Source: an uncultured archaeon | GTDB taxonomy: Archaea > Asgardarchaeota > Heimdallarchaeia > Heimdallarchaeales > Heimdallarchaeaceae | Direction of reading: 5' to 3' | DNA length: 64,000 bases | Assembly: GCA_964549075.1 (NCBI GenBank) | Contig: CAZJUB010000010.1 | Coordinates: 1,575 to 65,574 of the forward strand | Part shown: positions 38,706 through 48,620 of the stretch, one piece after another | Numbering within the stretch: position 1 is the first letter of the stretch | How the letters are laid out: each line of letters starts with the position of its first letter | Translations under genes and position numbers: made by a program | Notes under the pieces: model-generated | The model's database searches: none | What the model saw: the letters and a program-made list of their open reading frames with translations, nothing else | What the model was told of the DNA's origin: nothing

Positions 38706-39215
38706 TTGGTTATTAAAATGCTTCTTAGAAAACAGAGGATAAAATCCGAGAAAATTCTTGAACATCCAACAACTTTGAAGTTATTTCTCTATTTGAAGGC
38801 AAAAGAACCAAATAAAATTGGTGTTAGAGAAGCACAGAAAGCTCTTGAAGTAAAAAGCTCCAGCACAATAGCGTGGCATCTGGAGAAATTAGTAGAAGCA
38901 GAATATATTGAACATAAAGCAAATAACAAATATGTGTTAACACAAAAAGGTCTTGATAAGCAAGATTTTAAAGTCCCAGTTTTAATTCCTACTCAAACGA
39001 TCAAAGGATTAATGATTCCAAGAATTATTTTTCTGCTCAGTTTCCTAATCGCTTCTGTAATAACAGTTGTGATTTTACAATTCTTTGCCTATATAATTGC
39101 ATTATATGTGGGGATTGGAAGTCTAATATTAGCAATTATTTTAGTAATAAGAGAGTATATTGAATTGAGAAAACAATTCAGGTTTTACAAATTTATTTCA
39201 GAGGAAAAATTGTAA
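38706..39215 (+). CDS. Membrane-tethered winged-helix DNA-binding protein
   Basis: An N-terminal wHTH (LKLFLYLKAKEPNKIGVREAQKALEVKSSSTIAWHLEKLVEAEYIE) is followed by two TM helices. The alternative ATG is at 38718. Confidence 0.6.
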   Translation: MVIKMLLRKQRIKSEKILEHPTTLKLFLYLKAKEPNKIGVREAQKALEVKSSSTIAWHLEKLVEAEYIEHKANNKYVLTQKGLDKQDFKVPVLIPTQTIKGLMIPRIIFLLSFLIASVITVVILQFFAYIIALYVGIGSLILAIILVIREYIELRKQFRFYKFISEEKL

Positions 39216-39296
39216 CACCAAAAATTACTCGTTTTTGAGTAGCCTTTAAGAGTAATAATATAAATGTAAATTCACTTATTTATTATAGAGGTTAGT

Positions 39297-40748
39297 ATGA
39301 ATAAGTGGACTATTTTCGCTAGTTGGATAACTATGTTCATTCTTAGTTTAACACCGTTATTTCTTAACAAAGAGAGTCTTTACACTGTAAGAGATACTTA
39401 CACAAATATCTTATATTTTATACTAGCTTCATTTTGTATCCTGATTAGTATTATGGGATTTATCTATAGTCAGGATTTGGGAAAAAGAAATTTTGCTATA
39501 GTAGCTGGAATCTCCTCTCTTATGTTACTTATTTATCAAATATTCGAGTATATCTATAAAGGAGCAGAAGGACCTGCTGCAATAAATTGGTGGTTTGGTT
39601 TTTGGATAGCTGCTTATTTTCCTTTTATTGTTTTGTCTGTTAAACGAATAATTGAAGAATATCGTTTTATCACCAGAGCTAGTTTCACAATAGGTATGGG
39701 GATAACTAGCTTAGTAGCAGTTGTTTCTGTTCCTGTTTTCGTATATTTTCTCAATAGTTCAACTTTATCTATGGCTGAACTTATTTCATTTTCAATTATA
39801 CTTGTTCTTGATATGATTAGTTTTATTATGTTCAATATCTTGCTTGTTCTTTACTTTAGAATCAAATATGGATATCATTGGTTGTTTATGGCTATAGGTT
39901 TTGCAATTCTCATTTTTAGAGACTTAGCTGGAGTTTATTATTTCATGTTTGAAGATATTTATCCACAAATCACAATTACGGTTCTCAATCTCTTTTTCTT
40001 TAGTACTATGATAACAGCTCTCCTTACCTTTTTTGACAAAAGTTTTTCTATGAAACCAATTAAAGATATTGAAGCAGAGAGCGATTTCTATAAATCAAGA
40101 TATGAAGAATTAGACTTCCTTTCTAAAGATCTTATCACTGTAACAGAACTCTGGTTTCATGATTTAAAAAATGACATTAATGTTCTTGAAAATTCCTTTC
40201 TTCTCTTTGAAGAAAATCATAAGACTGAATTTTTGGATATAATTAAAAAGAGATTAGAACTTATGGGTGAGAGACAAGAAAGATTTCAATCTCCTGTAGG
40301 TATACTCGATTCTTTAAAAATCCAACCAATTGATGTAACAATCATTAAAGGTCTCGAAAAGGCTTTTAGTTCGATTAAGATTAATATCCCAAATAAACCT
40401 CTTTATGTAAAATCTAACAAATTACTCTTTCCAATAATCTTGAATGTTGTCCAAAATGCATTCCAACATGGAGGAGGAGAGGATATCAAAGTCAACATCG
40501 AAATTAAAGATGAAAAAGATTCAGTTTTAATTCAAATTAAAGATAATGGTAAAGGAATTTCAGATGAAAACAAAAAGAAAATCTTTGATAAAGATTACAA
40601 ATCTTCTGACACAAACTCTTCTGGAATAGGATTATATTTAGTAAAACTAGCTTCTCATAAATTTGGTGCAACAATTAATGTTGAAGATAATGAACCAAAA
40701 GGAACAATCTTTTCACTAAGATTTCAAAAAATGAAAAATGTTGTTTAA
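39297..40748 (+). CDS. Membrane sensor histidine kinase
   Basis: About 7-8 N-terminal TM helices. H-box ELWFHDLKND, N-box VVQNAFQHG, G1 DNGKGI and G2 SSGIGLYLV. Confidence 0.8.
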   Translation: MNKWTIFASWITMFILSLTPLFLNKESLYTVRDTYTNILYFILASFCILISIMGFIYSQDLGKRNFAIVAGISSLMLLIYQIFEYIYKGAEGPAAINWWFGFWIAAYFPFIVLSVKRIIEEYRFITRASFTIGMGITSLVAVVSVPVFVYFLNSSTLSMAELISFSIILVLDMISFIMFNILLVLYFRIKYGYHWLFMAIGFAILIFRDLAGVYYFMFEDIYPQITITVLNLFFFSTMITALLTFFDKSFSMKPIKDIEAESDFYKSRYEELDFLSKDLITVTELWFHDLKNDINVLENSFLLFEENHKTEFLDIIKKRLELMGERQERFQSPVGILDSLKIQPIDVTIIKGLEKAFSSIKINIPNKPLYVKSNKLLFPIILNVVQNAFQHGGGEDIKVNIEIKDEKDSVLIQIKDNGKGISDENKKKIFDKDYKSSDTNSSGIGLYLVKLASHKFGATINVEDNEPKGTIFSLRFQKMKNVV

Positions 40749-40749
40749 A

Positions 40750-41010
40750 TTAATCTTCTGGCCATCTTCGTTTTTCTAGTTCAGTCTCACACTTTCTGCA
40801 AACAGTTTTCTTTACAGAGTTAAAACCAAATTCATCTATTCCATTTTCAGCTTTCAACGCTTGGGTACAAATATAATCATAATTACATTTAGGACAGTGA
40901 AAATAAAAAGAAGATTTCTTTATATTAGGAGAAAGCATTTGACGGGGACAAGTGGCAGATTTAATTGCTTTTGAACAATCACATACAAGATGGTTACCTA
41001 CAATAGTCAC
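40750..41010 (-). CDS. Small Cys-rich (zinc-ribbon-like) protein, family A
   Basis: HLVCDCSKAIKSATCP...FHCPKCNYDYIC...CRKC...RWP. There is a clear paralog at 55124-55462. Confidence 0.6.
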   Translation of the reverse strand: MTIVGNHLVCDCSKAIKSATCPRQMLSPNIKKSSFYFHCPKCNYDYICTQALKAENGIDEFGFNSVKKTVCRKCETELEKRRWPED

Positions 41011-41080
41011 AACTCACTAAACATATACAATAATTTAAAATTTTATGTGTGTAAGAAAAAAGAAGAAAAAGTTGTATCTT

Positions 41081-41551
41081 TTAAGGGATACTAATAGCTA
41101 TTGGAGGAATTTCCATAGTAAGGAAATTCAATGGAATTCCTATATAAATTGGAGTTGCTATTGCTTCAACAGAGAAGTCTATAGAGCCTCCTCCTGAAAT
41201 AGTAACTACATCATCTGTTTCAATGAATAAAGTGAACTCTATCGTTTGATTTTCTCCAAGAGGAATTGTCACACTTTGAGAATCATAGACAGTAGTATTA
41301 CCATTTTTGAATACACTAATATCCAATCTTACAGATTTTGGCATATACCCCAATTTTGGAGTTACTACAACAGCTGATACAACTGCGGATTCGTTATTAC
41401 TTGCTAAGACATAGTTGATATCTGTTACATCAAAAGAATCTGGATTATCTGTAAATCCTTTATAGCTTAGATAGACATCTACACCTATGACTGCACCACC
41501 TGCCAGAACGACAAATAGTATTGTTAAAAATATGGCTGTACCTTTTCCCAT
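41081..41551 (-). CDS. N-terminally anchored beta-rich protein (possibly LEA_2/Ig-like)
   Basis: An N-terminal TM helix is followed by alternating beta-strand-like segments. A T-rich terminator lies downstream. No motif-level assignment. Confidence 0.4.
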   Translation of the reverse strand: MGKGTAIFLTILFVVLAGGAVIGVDVYLSYKGFTDNPDSFDVTDINYVLASNNESAVVSAVVVTPKLGYMPKSVRLDISVFKNGNTTVYDSQSVTIPLGENQTIEFTLFIETDDVVTISGGGSIDFSVEAIATPIYIGIPLNFLTMEIPPIAISIP

Positions 41552-41657
41552 AATTGTTTAATAGATATTCCAACATTATAAAGGTATTTTTTTTACTAAT
41601 CAATAATCAAGGTTTTCTGTGAAATTTTAAATAGAACTAATAATAAACTAGAAAGAT

Positions 41658-42509
41658 ATGAAACACAAATTTGGAATCATGACCGATTCCGGTGCGGATT
41701 TTACTCTGGATTATCAAAAAGAACATGATCTAATACTCATTCCAACTAGGATAATTGTTGATGGGGTAGAGTATATTGATAGAGAGAATATTTTCAGAGA
41801 TGACATTATACATAAAATGAAGGATGAGAAAGCTAAAACTTCTACATCTGTAGCTCCCCCGCAAGATTTTATTGATGTTATGAATCAAGCTTTAGAAGAC
41901 TACGAGCAAATTTTATTCATTTCTATAAGTTCAAAGATGTCTGCAACTTTACAAAATTTCCTGCTAACTGCCAAACGACTAAAATCTGATAAGTTTTTTG
42001 CAATTGATACAGAATCTGTTTCTTGGGGTATGTCTTTTCTAATCGATCATGCGATAATAAGAAGAGAACAAGGAGTTACCATTGAAGAATTAGTTAAAGA
42101 ACTCAACATCATGAAAAAGAATATTGATCTATACTTTATGGTAGATACATTAGAATATCTGAGAAGAGGTGGGAGGATTGGAGCTGCTAAAAATCTCCTA
42201 GGAAAATTAATTGGAGCTAAACCTATATTGACAGTAAAAGAAGGAGAAATTGCACCAGCTGAAACAGTAAAGAGTTTCAAAGAAGGATTAGAATTCTTTT
42301 ATCATAAATTTAAAGAAAAATCAAAAAGTTACAAAAAATATTCAATTGCTGTAATTTATGGAGTTGAAACACCAGAATTCAAAGAATTTGCTGCACAAAT
42401 AAAGCATGAATTCAAACCAGAAAAATTCTATTATGCACCAATTGGAGCCAATATCATTAGTCACGCGGGACCTGAGCTTTTTGGTATGGGAATTATCAAA
42501 CTTCCCTAA
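41658..42509 (+). CDS. DegV family (fatty-acid-binding) protein, copy 1
   Basis: N-terminal GIMTDSGADF...LIPTRIIVDGVEYID and the RGGRIG motif typical of DegV. Confidence 0.8.
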   Translation: MKHKFGIMTDSGADFTLDYQKEHDLILIPTRIIVDGVEYIDRENIFRDDIIHKMKDEKAKTSTSVAPPQDFIDVMNQALEDYEQILFISISSKMSATLQNFLLTAKRLKSDKFFAIDTESVSWGMSFLIDHAIIRREQGVTIEELVKELNIMKKNIDLYFMVDTLEYLRRGGRIGAAKNLLGKLIGAKPILTVKEGEIAPAETVKSFKEGLEFFYHKFKEKSKSYKKYSIAVIYGVETPEFKEFAAQIKHEFKPEKFYYAPIGANIISHAGPELFGMGIIKLP

Positions 42510-42562
42510 GAAAAGTTTTGGTCATACGAACTTTTTAAAAAACATTATTTTTTTGTTTTCAT

Positions 42563-43117
42563 ATGCAAGACAAAGATCATAATGATAAAATTTCAATAGT
42601 GTATAATAACTCTAAATCAGACAAGATTCAAGATCTTGTTGTTGAACTATTAGAAGTAAATAGAGATATTGAAAGAGATCAACCTTATAGTTGGAGCTTA
42701 AAACACATTATCTCCTGTTCTCAAATCTGTAAAATCCTTGCATCAGTGAGAGGAATTAACAGAGAGACTGCTGCTATTTCTGGAGCTATTCATGATCTTG
42801 CTATAATAAAGACTGGAAAATTCGACAATCATGGTCCTCTAGGAGCTCCTATGGTAGAAGAATTTTTATCTAATTATAACCAGAAATTTGGAGAAAAACA
42901 CGGTTTTCTTTCACAGGAAGAAATAGATCAAATAGTACAAGCTACAAGGAATCATACTTTAAAGAAAATCTTTAGTGAAAATGCTTTTGATGAATTAATT
43001 AAAGATGCAGATTCTTTGGATAGATTTTTGCATGGCAAGAAAACTTTCGATTTTTATTATGAACGAAGTAAAGAAGCTCTCAAAGATATGGATTTGAACA
43101 TAGATAATATTTTATAG
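42563..43117 (+). CDS. HD-domain phosphohydrolase
   Basis: H...HD pattern (LKHIISCSQ...GAIHDLAI) and a later NHT/D residue. Confidence 0.6.
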   Translation: MQDKDHNDKISIVYNNSKSDKIQDLVVELLEVNRDIERDQPYSWSLKHIISCSQICKILASVRGINRETAAISGAIHDLAIIKTGKFDNHGPLGAPMVEEFLSNYNQKFGEKHGFLSQEEIDQIVQATRNHTLKKIFSENAFDELIKDADSLDRFLHGKKTFDFYYERSKEALKDMDLNIDNIL

Positions 43118-43263
43118 GTAAATAACTTGACAAGTTTTTTAATTAACCAACGAGTTTCTTGCTCTAATCAATAAATTTTGCATTTTAGTGCTCTGAGTGG
43201 AGCAATTGGCAGTGGTATAAGGATTTTAATTGAAAACAGAAAAAAAGACTAAATTTTTCTTTC

Positions 43264-44082
43264 TTAACTATTTTTTTCTAATAGATTTGTAGAGACTTTA
43301 GTTTGCTTATCCAGACCTACCTCTTCAAAGATAAGTTCTTCAGTTTCAGTTCCTACACTAATACCTTTATCCTTCAAAAGTGTCCAGATTATAAACAGAT
43401 ATGGAGTACCGGAATTAAACTCAATAAGACTGTTAAAAACTAGTACAGTAAGTAAATTTTCAGCTGGCCTGATTCCTGCAGTAAGAAGAGAGATCTCCAT
43501 TCCAAAATGTACGACAACTCCTACTAGAACAACAAATCCTATTTGCTTCCAAGTGACTGATTTAAATGGTTTCCAAATATATTTGAAAAGAATAAGTACG
43601 GCAAAACCTCCTATAGCCATTCCTATTTGCAACCACCTTCCACCTTCCATAAATCTGGTAATTTGAACTGTAGTATCAGATAAAGGTAAAACCTTTGGAA
43701 AGAATGCAATAACGAACCAACCGATGTATAAAAAGAGTGTCCAATACATCTTTTTTCGCCAATGTTTTGCACTGAACATTACTGCAACATAACTAAATTC
43801 TACCATCCCATAAGTAAAAGAAAAATAAATTAAGAAGAGAAGAGGTCCCCAAGTTGGTCCTAAATTTGTAAAGAAATCTGGGAGAGAGTAAATCTGTCTT
43901 GTTCCTTTGATAGTATACCAAAAAACATAATCAAACAGGAACACAACAACGGTTCCAAAAAGACCAATGAGCCATTGAAGGATGTATTTCTTCTTTATCA
44001 GAAAAGCCATCCATAAGAAACAGAAGATTATGTCTAAAATTATAAATTCAGCACCAAATGTTCTAGTGACTTCATGAACCAT
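43264..44082 (-). CDS. Hypothetical polytopic membrane protein
   Basis: About 7 hydrophobic helices. No recognisable motif. Confidence 0.5.
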   Translation of the reverse strand: MVHEVTRTFGAEFIILDIIFCFLWMAFLIKKKYILQWLIGLFGTVVVFLFDYVFWYTIKGTRQIYSLPDFFTNLGPTWGPLLFLIYFSFTYGMVEFSYVAVMFSAKHWRKKMYWTLFLYIGWFVIAFFPKVLPLSDTTVQITRFMEGGRWLQIGMAIGGFAVLILFKYIWKPFKSVTWKQIGFVVLVGVVVHFGMEISLLTAGIRPAENLLTVLVFNSLIEFNSGTPYLFIIWTLLKDKGISVGTETEELIFEEVGLDKQTKVSTNLLEKNS

Positions 44083-44123
44083 GAATTTGGAGTTTAGAAG
44101 TATTTCTTAAAGCTTTTGCGAAT

Positions 44124-44930
44124 CTAAAGGAAGTTTTGTATAATGAAATCTGCCCAAGAACTAGGAAGAAATTCTAATAATCTCCTTTGTCTATTATTCT
44201 TTACTCTGTACCTTTTTCGAGGTTTTCTTTTATGTATAGCTCTGAAAACCTTGTTAGCAACATACTTTGGATCAGCATAATTTTCTTTTTCAAGAACATC
44301 CCAAACTCTAGACATTTCTTTCTCAAATTCAGAATTTTCAAGATATTTTTGGTAACTTTTCACTGTCTTTTGAGGCAAGCTTGTATTAATAGCACCAGGC
44401 TGAATAGCTACCACCTTCATCCCTAAAAACATTAACTCCCTCCTAAGAGAATCAGTGAATGCTTCTACTGCATATTTTGTCATAGTATATGGGCCATTGA
44501 AGGGAAAAGCGATTCTCCCAACTTCTGAGCTCATATTTACAATTCTCCCTTTTCGTTTTTTAAGAAGAGAGAAGAAAGCTTTAGTAACTCTCACATACCC
44601 TAAGACGTTGACATCAAATATTTTCTTCATATCTGAAGGACTAACTTCGACTAAAGGTCCCCCAAAGAATAAACCAGCATTGTTTACAAGACAATCAATA
44701 CCATCAAATAATTCATTAACTTCTTTTACAGCTGTTTCTATACTTCGTTGATCTGTCACATCCATAAAAAGAGTATGAATTTTCTCATTGGAATCATATT
44801 TACCTAGACCTTCTTTATCATAATCAGTAGCAATAACAATATCTCCTTTTTTGATGAGATATTCAGTAATGGATTGACCAATTCCCTGAGCTGCACCAGT
44901 CACTAAAACAACTTTTGAATTAACTTTCAT
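44124..44930 (-). CDS. Short-chain dehydrogenase/reductase (SDR)
   Basis: TGAAQGIG, NNAG, and catalytic YTMTKYA. Confidence 0.85.
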   Translation of the reverse strand: MKVNSKVVLVTGAAQGIGQSITEYLIKKGDIVIATDYDKEGLGKYDSNEKIHTLFMDVTDQRSIETAVKEVNELFDGIDCLVNNAGLFFGGPLVEVSPSDMKKIFDVNVLGYVRVTKAFFSLLKKRKGRIVNMSSEVGRIAFPFNGPYTMTKYAVEAFTDSLRRELMFLGMKVVAIQPGAINTSLPQKTVKSYQKYLENSEFEKEMSRVWDVLEKENYADPKYVANKVFRAIHKRKPRKRYRVKNNRQRRLLEFLPSSWADFIIQNFL

Positions 44931-44986
44931 CTAAATCAATGAAATTATTGGTTTTAGACTCAATTATAAAATTAATGTGCTTTTTT

Positions 44987-46963
44987 TCAAATTCTCATCC
45001 AGACTTTCATAGAAGATTTTCCTTTATTTCCCCATAAATAGTAAGGACGAGCTACAAGTTGCTGATTTTTACTATTATATATGATAAGAAATATTGAATT
45101 ATTATCTTTTTTCAGTTCAACTTCCTTATTTAGGTTTATTTTTTGGTCGGATAGATCTAAATTTGGATTGTCTACACTCTCAAAACAATATACAAGTGGT
45201 CCCCTTGAAAACGCACATTTAGTGTTGTTTGACTTAATCTTTTTAGGAGATTTATGGATCTTTATCTCAAGAGGAAAATTTATTTCTATTACATTCTTTG
45301 TAAACCATTCTTCTTGAATTATAACATAATAAGCGTTGTAAACCTGCATATCTGAAGCAGTTTTTAGATTCGAAATATTAAAGTTAATATTGTCTAATTT
45401 TTTATTATTAACCGTGATTTCTGGGTTCTTTGTCCATCCAGGAATACGAATATTTAAGGTAAAATCTGATTTCTTCTTGGTTTCAAAGAAAATACGTATT
45501 TTTCCTTCCCAAGGTAATTTACTTTCTAATTTAATATCAATCGAATTATCTTCTTTTTCATCTAAGCATATTCTAGAATTATTTCCTATATATTGATGGA
45601 CCCAAAGATTATCCTTATCAGTACTATAGATATATTTAGCCATATGTGCTAATGTTCGAGAGATATTAGATGGACAACAAGCTGTTTTATACCAATCTTG
45701 TCTTTCAACAAATTCACCAGCTTCCAACGGATTCCTATAAAAGTATGATTTTCCATCTGAAGACATACCTACAAGTACAGCATTATATAATTGCCACTCA
45801 GTTAGATCAGCATATTTAGCATCTCCGAGAGTCAGTAGCATCTCCCAATTCCAAAATACAGAACTAATTGCTGCACAAGTCTCATTATATGCAGATTTAT
45901 TGTCAAGTTCATAATCTCTCCCAAATCCTTCAGTAAGTGGTAAAGAGCCTATTCCACCAGTTACATACATTTTCTTCTTTACCATTGCATCCCAAGAACT
46001 TTGAAGGGCTTTTAACAACTGTTTATCACCCGTTTCTTGAAGAATCATAGTTGCAGCTGTTACAAGATACCCCCATCTCACACAATGACCTACTGGTTTT
46101 CTTTGTCTTCTTAATGGTTTATTTTGCTGAAGATATTTTCCAGTGAATGCTGATAAATAAAATCTAAATAATTGTTTTTTCGAACCAAATTTAGGCCACT
46201 CACTCATTAAAGACTCATCATCTACTCGCAAACCATAAAATGCTTCTTTTTGCTTAATTACTTCCTCATTTCTTTTACTATGTGAATAATTTTCTTTGAA
46301 AATCTGATATCCAAAAAACACGAATTTACCTCTTGTATCTATGAATCTTTTAGCAAGTTCAAGATATTTTTCTTCCCCAGAAAATCTATACAACTTAATC
46401 AAGGCAATCTCAATTTCAGGATGACCAGGAGTATTCTTAGGTGAAGGATTTTGAAATTCTTTTACTAATAAATCAGCTATTTTTTTTCCTAGATTTAGAT
46501 ATTTTTCTTCTTTAGTAAGTTTGTATGCAATTATTGATGCTTCAATTAAATGGCCAAGTATATACAATTCATGCTCGATTTGAAGATTAATCCATCTATT
46601 ATTAGGAAAATGAATTTGATTATAGGTGAAAATATACCCATCTTGTTCTTGAGCTGATATTATTAAATCTAAATAACATGTTAATAATTTGAGTAATTTA
46701 TCATCTTTTTTTGATTGTAGGATTGTAGCAGCAGCTTCTGCCCATTTATGAGAATCTGAGTCAACATAAAAATACCCTCTACGAGACTTGTTGATTTCTC
46801 CACTAACAATTCTGAAATTATCTATTGTACCAGTTTCTTCAAGCATGTTCCATTGATGAAAAATAGCTGAATCTGAGTTTACTTGTATTCTCTCTAACCA
46901 GAAACTATCCTGAATGTTTATTTGTTCAAAAGGAATTTCTTTGGAAACTTTATAAGAATTCAC
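44987..46963 (-). CDS. Glycoside hydrolase family 127 (DUF1680, beta-L-arabinofuranosidase-like)
   Basis: Blocks DSDSHKWAEAAA, AQEQDGYIFTY, EHELYILGHLIEA, GHPEIEIALIKLY, NETCAA and the Cys cluster ACCPSNISR. Confidence 0.8.
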   Translation of the reverse strand: MNSYKVSKEIPFEQINIQDSFWLERIQVNSDSAIFHQWNMLEETGTIDNFRIVSGEINKSRRGYFYVDSDSHKWAEAAATILQSKKDDKLLKLLTCYLDLIISAQEQDGYIFTYNQIHFPNNRWINLQIEHELYILGHLIEASIIAYKLTKEEKYLNLGKKIADLLVKEFQNPSPKNTPGHPEIEIALIKLYRFSGEEKYLELAKRFIDTRGKFVFFGYQIFKENYSHSKRNEEVIKQKEAFYGLRVDDESLMSEWPKFGSKKQLFRFYLSAFTGKYLQQNKPLRRQRKPVGHCVRWGYLVTAATMILQETGDKQLLKALQSSWDAMVKKKMYVTGGIGSLPLTEGFGRDYELDNKSAYNETCAAISSVFWNWEMLLTLGDAKYADLTEWQLYNAVLVGMSSDGKSYFYRNPLEAGEFVERQDWYKTACCPSNISRTLAHMAKYIYSTDKDNLWVHQYIGNNSRICLDEKEDNSIDIKLESKLPWEGKIRIFFETKKKSDFTLNIRIPGWTKNPEITVNNKKLDNINFNISNLKTASDMQVYNAYYVIIQEEWFTKNVIEINFPLEIKIHKSPKKIKSNNTKCAFSRGPLVYCFESVDNPNLDLSDQKINLNKEVELKKDNNSIFLIIYNSKNQQLVARPYYLWGNKGKSSMKVWMRI

Positions 46964-47018
46964 AAAATGGTAAAATAATATCCCTATAAGAAATTTACGT
47001 GAAGAAGATAGAATTTTC

Positions 47019-48122
47019 TTATTTCCTCTTCATGAACCGTGGATCAATTTCGTCTCTTTTAGAAGCATCCTGATAATTTTCTTTTGCTTGTTCTTTAGCT
47101 TCTTCTAAAGTTTCATCAGAATGACACAACCATCTGAGATGTGTACTAGCAGGTTTTCCGCAGAAAGGGCAGAACATATCATCAAGAACCTCTAGTAACT
47201 TATTATGTGCAGCAAGGTTTCTTCTATGTTTTCCTCGTTCTTCTATAATAGGCTTAGTTAAAATTTCAGCTTGTTTTTTCTTTCCTACTTCAACTGCTTT
47301 CTTTACTGTACTAATTTCATCTTTTGGTATTTCGATACTAAAACCTTCTTTTGAATCTCCTACGATTTCAACTGGAATACCTTCTGTTAGAATTGCTTCT
47401 TGCTCTTCGTGAGGTATTTTCTTAATCTGGGAAACAAATTTGCTAGCTTCATCTTTACCCATATCCTGTTCAACAATTTTGACATAAGTACTTCTCTGTA
47501 ATTCCAGATCTGGAATTGTGGATAAACGAGATAAAACTCTTTCTGGGATTCTTTCATCTACAGGTTTAGCTAATTCTTCTCTTATTATATCTGGAGATAC
47601 TGAAGCTGCCTCTAACCATAATCGTAATGTATTTGCTTTAACAAAAGTTCTTTGACAAATTTCATCTATTTTTTCTTCTGTTGGAATAAGAGAAAGATCT
47701 CTTGATTTCTTTCTTTGAATACTATTAATGATATTTGCTAGACTTTTTGGTGTTTGAACTATTCCTTCACTTCTAAAAATTTCCATAACTCCTCGACCCT
47801 TTTCAATCATGTAAAGGTCTTTTCTATGGATGTTTTCAATCAATGATTCGATTCTTTGACGAGATTCTGTAACTTCCTTTACAATTGCAAAGATTTTTTT
47901 CATCTTAGCAAACTGAGCAGCTCTCCAACGGCGTTCCCCTGCGATAATCTGATAAGTTTCGTCACCAGTCTTTTTTACTAATATTGGATTTAAGAGATCA
48001 TACTCCTTTATAGATGCAGCCAACTCTTCAATTTCTTCTTTATCGAATGATTCTCTTGGCTGAAATGGACTTGGAGAAATTTTCTCTACAGGAATTTCAA
48101 CAATTTGCACACTAATCACCAC
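47019..48122 (-). CDS. ParB/Srx-domain protein with a C-terminal Cys/His motif
   Basis: ParB N-terminal boxes ISPSPFQPRESF, LLNPILV and IIAGERRWRAA (the GxxRxxA CTP-binding-type motif). The C-terminus has CPFCGKP...WLCH. The start is GTG. Confidence 0.7.
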   Translation of the reverse strand: MVISVQIVEIPVEKISPSPFQPRESFDKEEIEELAASIKEYDLLNPILVKKTGDETYQIIAGERRWRAAQFAKMKKIFAIVKEVTESRQRIESLIENIHRKDLYMIEKGRGVMEIFRSEGIVQTPKSLANIINSIQRKKSRDLSLIPTEEKIDEICQRTFVKANTLRLWLEAASVSPDIIREELAKPVDERIPERVLSRLSTIPDLELQRSTYVKIVEQDMGKDEASKFVSQIKKIPHEEQEAILTEGIPVEIVGDSKEGFSIEIPKDEISTVKKAVEVGKKKQAEILTKPIIEERGKHRRNLAAHNKLLEVLDDMFCPFCGKPASTHLRWLCHSDETLEEAKEQAKENYQDASKRDEIDPRFMKRK

Positions 48123-48345
48123 TTTCTTTAATCAACTCAAATGCAATATCCTTCCAAGGATATTGTTCAATAACCCAATTATCTCCCTGAGTGTTTACAC
48201 ACAATAATTTTGTTTTTTCTCCGTTTCCAGATTTAACTACAGACTTCATCTGGTTTATTGCTTCAAGACGTGTAGTGAATATCCACTTCTCTTCTCCAGC
48301 GTCTAAAACATAAAATTGATTCTCCTCTAACTTCAACATTTTCAC
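48112..48345 (-). CDS. Small hypothetical protein overlapping the ParB-like gene start
   Basis: 77 aa. Its stop overlaps the downstream GTG start (GTGGTGATTAG). No motif. Confidence 0.4.
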   Translation of the reverse strand: MKMLKLEENQFYVLDAGEEKWIFTTRLEAINQMKSVVKSGNGEKTKLLCVNTQGDNWVIEQYPWKDIAFELIKESGD

Positions 48346-48620
48346 CTTTATATGTCTCTAAAGCAGTTCTAAAGCGATTTAGCATATATATTTTCATGAA
48401 TCACTTAAAAAGTGATTGTATTACTATGAACAAATGCTATTTTGAACTTTTTTGTCGGGAATATTTTAAATTCTAGGAATTTTCAAAGATAATATAATTC
48501 ACAAATCAAAAGTGATCAATTTTCATTTCTTCAGAATAATTTCAAATTATAAAGAATCAAATAGATTTCTTGAGTGAACATTAACTAAAAAATTATTAAG
48601 TTCATCTCAAAATAGCAACT

